DNA of 63,980 bases, the filler included, from Hausera hauseri (lineage: Eukaryota), in NCBI GenBank assembly GCA_046269625.1. It is 13 parts of 13 records of this genome, joined end to end, with 100 filler letters (N's around TTAATTAATTAA, not from the genome) between each part and the next. Parts side by side here need not be neighbours in the genome. Positions count along the whole stretch, not along the records: positions 59,874 to 63,980 come from JBJURY010758208.1; 12 more parts are not named here. One strand, given 5' to 3'. This document shows, piece after piece, positions 62,801 to 63,980 of this stretch. Position 1 is the stretch's first letter; the number at the start of each line of letters is the position of its first letter. The notes beneath the pieces were generated by a model, which had not been told where the DNA came from, made no database searches, and was given only the letters and a program-made list of their open reading frames with translations. A program made the position numbers and the translations under genes.

Positions 62801-63980
62801 ACGTGGTAGCTGTATGTTTTTGAGCTGTGTGATGCGCTCTGACTGAGATGAATGTCCGGAGGAGTTAATAACATGTCCTAGGAAGTTGACCTTATGTTGA
62901 AAAAGGAGCATTTGGCGAAATTAATTTGCAAATTGTTTTGGTGCAAGAGCTGGAAGGTTAAACGTAAGTGTTCGGAGTGTTGTTTCGAGGAACATGATGT
63001 AATAAGGATATCATCGATATAATGATAAGCAAAGTCTAAACCTGAGAGAACTGTATCAATATGCCTTTGGAAGGTCTGGTAAGCACTACGGAGTCCAAAA
63101 GGCATGAAAAGGTATTCGAAAGGTGTAATGACAGCCGTTTTCGTAATGTCTGCTGGGGTCACCGGAATTTGGTTGTATGCTTTGTGTAAATCAATGCAGG
63201 AAAAAATGGTCGAACCATGGAGCATGTGAAGGATGTCGTTGATTAATGGTAGAAGGTAGGCATCCATTGTTGTTATGATGTTGAGTTGGCGATAACCACC
63301 ACATGGGCGAAAGGTGCCATCTTTTTTGGATCTTCTGATTATTCCTGATCTTTCCAGTTCGAGAAACTCAGCCTCCACTGCAGGTCTGCAACGAGACGAT
63401 AGCGGATGGACCTTTTGACGTATTGGTCTTTGATGTGCTGTTACTATGTGATGGAAGGTGCATTTAAGTGGTACGAATGATTTGTCCTTTTGCAACAGAC
63501 GTGTGCAGGAAGACGAAATATATTGCTGTAAGTCAGAGGGCAACAATGAAAAGTTTTCAGATGGTGTTGATGCATCGTGACTGGATGCAGTTAAGGTATG
63601 AGTTGTAGACGAGGTGTTATGACCAGGTGGTATTTGGTACAGGATGTTCGTGTTGAAGTTGGTGTTAGCAGATGTACTATCAGTAATAGGTGCCATGCAG
63701 TTGGCAATATCGTATTTGTTGCCGTAATGAAAATTTCTACATAATGAATGATTACAAAAATAATTCAAATCGGAAATCGCTTTCTTTAGTATTGACTTGC
63801 TGGAAGTGATCGCCCGGGTGGTCACCGAAATGCTGCTAATTTAATTAAAATTATTTCCGCTCTTTAAGGAACATCGGTTGCAGTCTACAAGTAAATTATA
63901 GTAGGACAGAAAGTCTGAACCCAATATAGGTGTGCGTACATTGGCTACTGTAAATTTCCAAGTGAATGTGTTTGGGAAAT
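59874..63980 (-). mobile_element. Ty3/Gypsy CsRn1-like pol remnant (PR end, RT, RH, IN, Ser/Pro-rich tail)
   Basis: PILGSDFL..LLVDC, DGTFRPCGGYRQLN, MPFGLRSA, YIDDIL, LTTDAS..GAVLHQ, DHKPL, NLVADILSR, CVACQKYK, HIDLVVPLP, SDQGPQ. Confidence 0.93.

Noticed and set aside
1-63980. Species assignment
   Set aside because: Axonemal dynein, DOCK-D and the transposon set point to an AT-rich invertebrate animal, but there is no diagnostic marker in the window.

Overview
This is not one locus. It is 13 short AT-rich eukaryotic (animal-like) contigs joined by artificial 100-bp linkers (N44-TTAATTAATTAA-N44), so adjacency across linkers carries no meaning. Contigs: 1-4066, 4167-8325, 8426-13132, 13233-18935, 19036-23911, 24012-28101, 28202-33165, 33266-38617, 38718-42739, 42840-47443, 47544-52006, 52107-59773, 59874-63980. 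Most of the content is decayed mobile DNA: Ty3/Gypsy LTR elements, Polinton/Maverick-type protein-primed PolB elements, I-group and RTE LINEs, a tRNA-SINE, a DD39D mariner and a Chapaev3-like transposase. There are also host-gene fragments (axonemal dynein heavy chain, DOCK9/10/11, a chromodomain). The best candidate for a new system is a Ty3/Gypsy retroelement family with a chuvirus-like glycoprotein placed BETWEEN gag and pol and fused in frame to protease-RT-RNase H. The reconstructed order, from three contigs, is LTR, tRNA-His PBS, Gag (CCHC), ubiquitin-like domain, AT-hook, internal signal peptide, glycoprotein, TM segments, PSAP/LYP late-domain-like tail, PR, RT, RH, IN, and a second signal peptide. 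Other contigs look like 3' cargo regions of retroelements: FN3-TM membrane proteins, catalytically degenerate DEDDh exonuclease folds, and a RING finger directly before a PPT and LTR. All family calls are by-eye motif recognition. No database searches were run.
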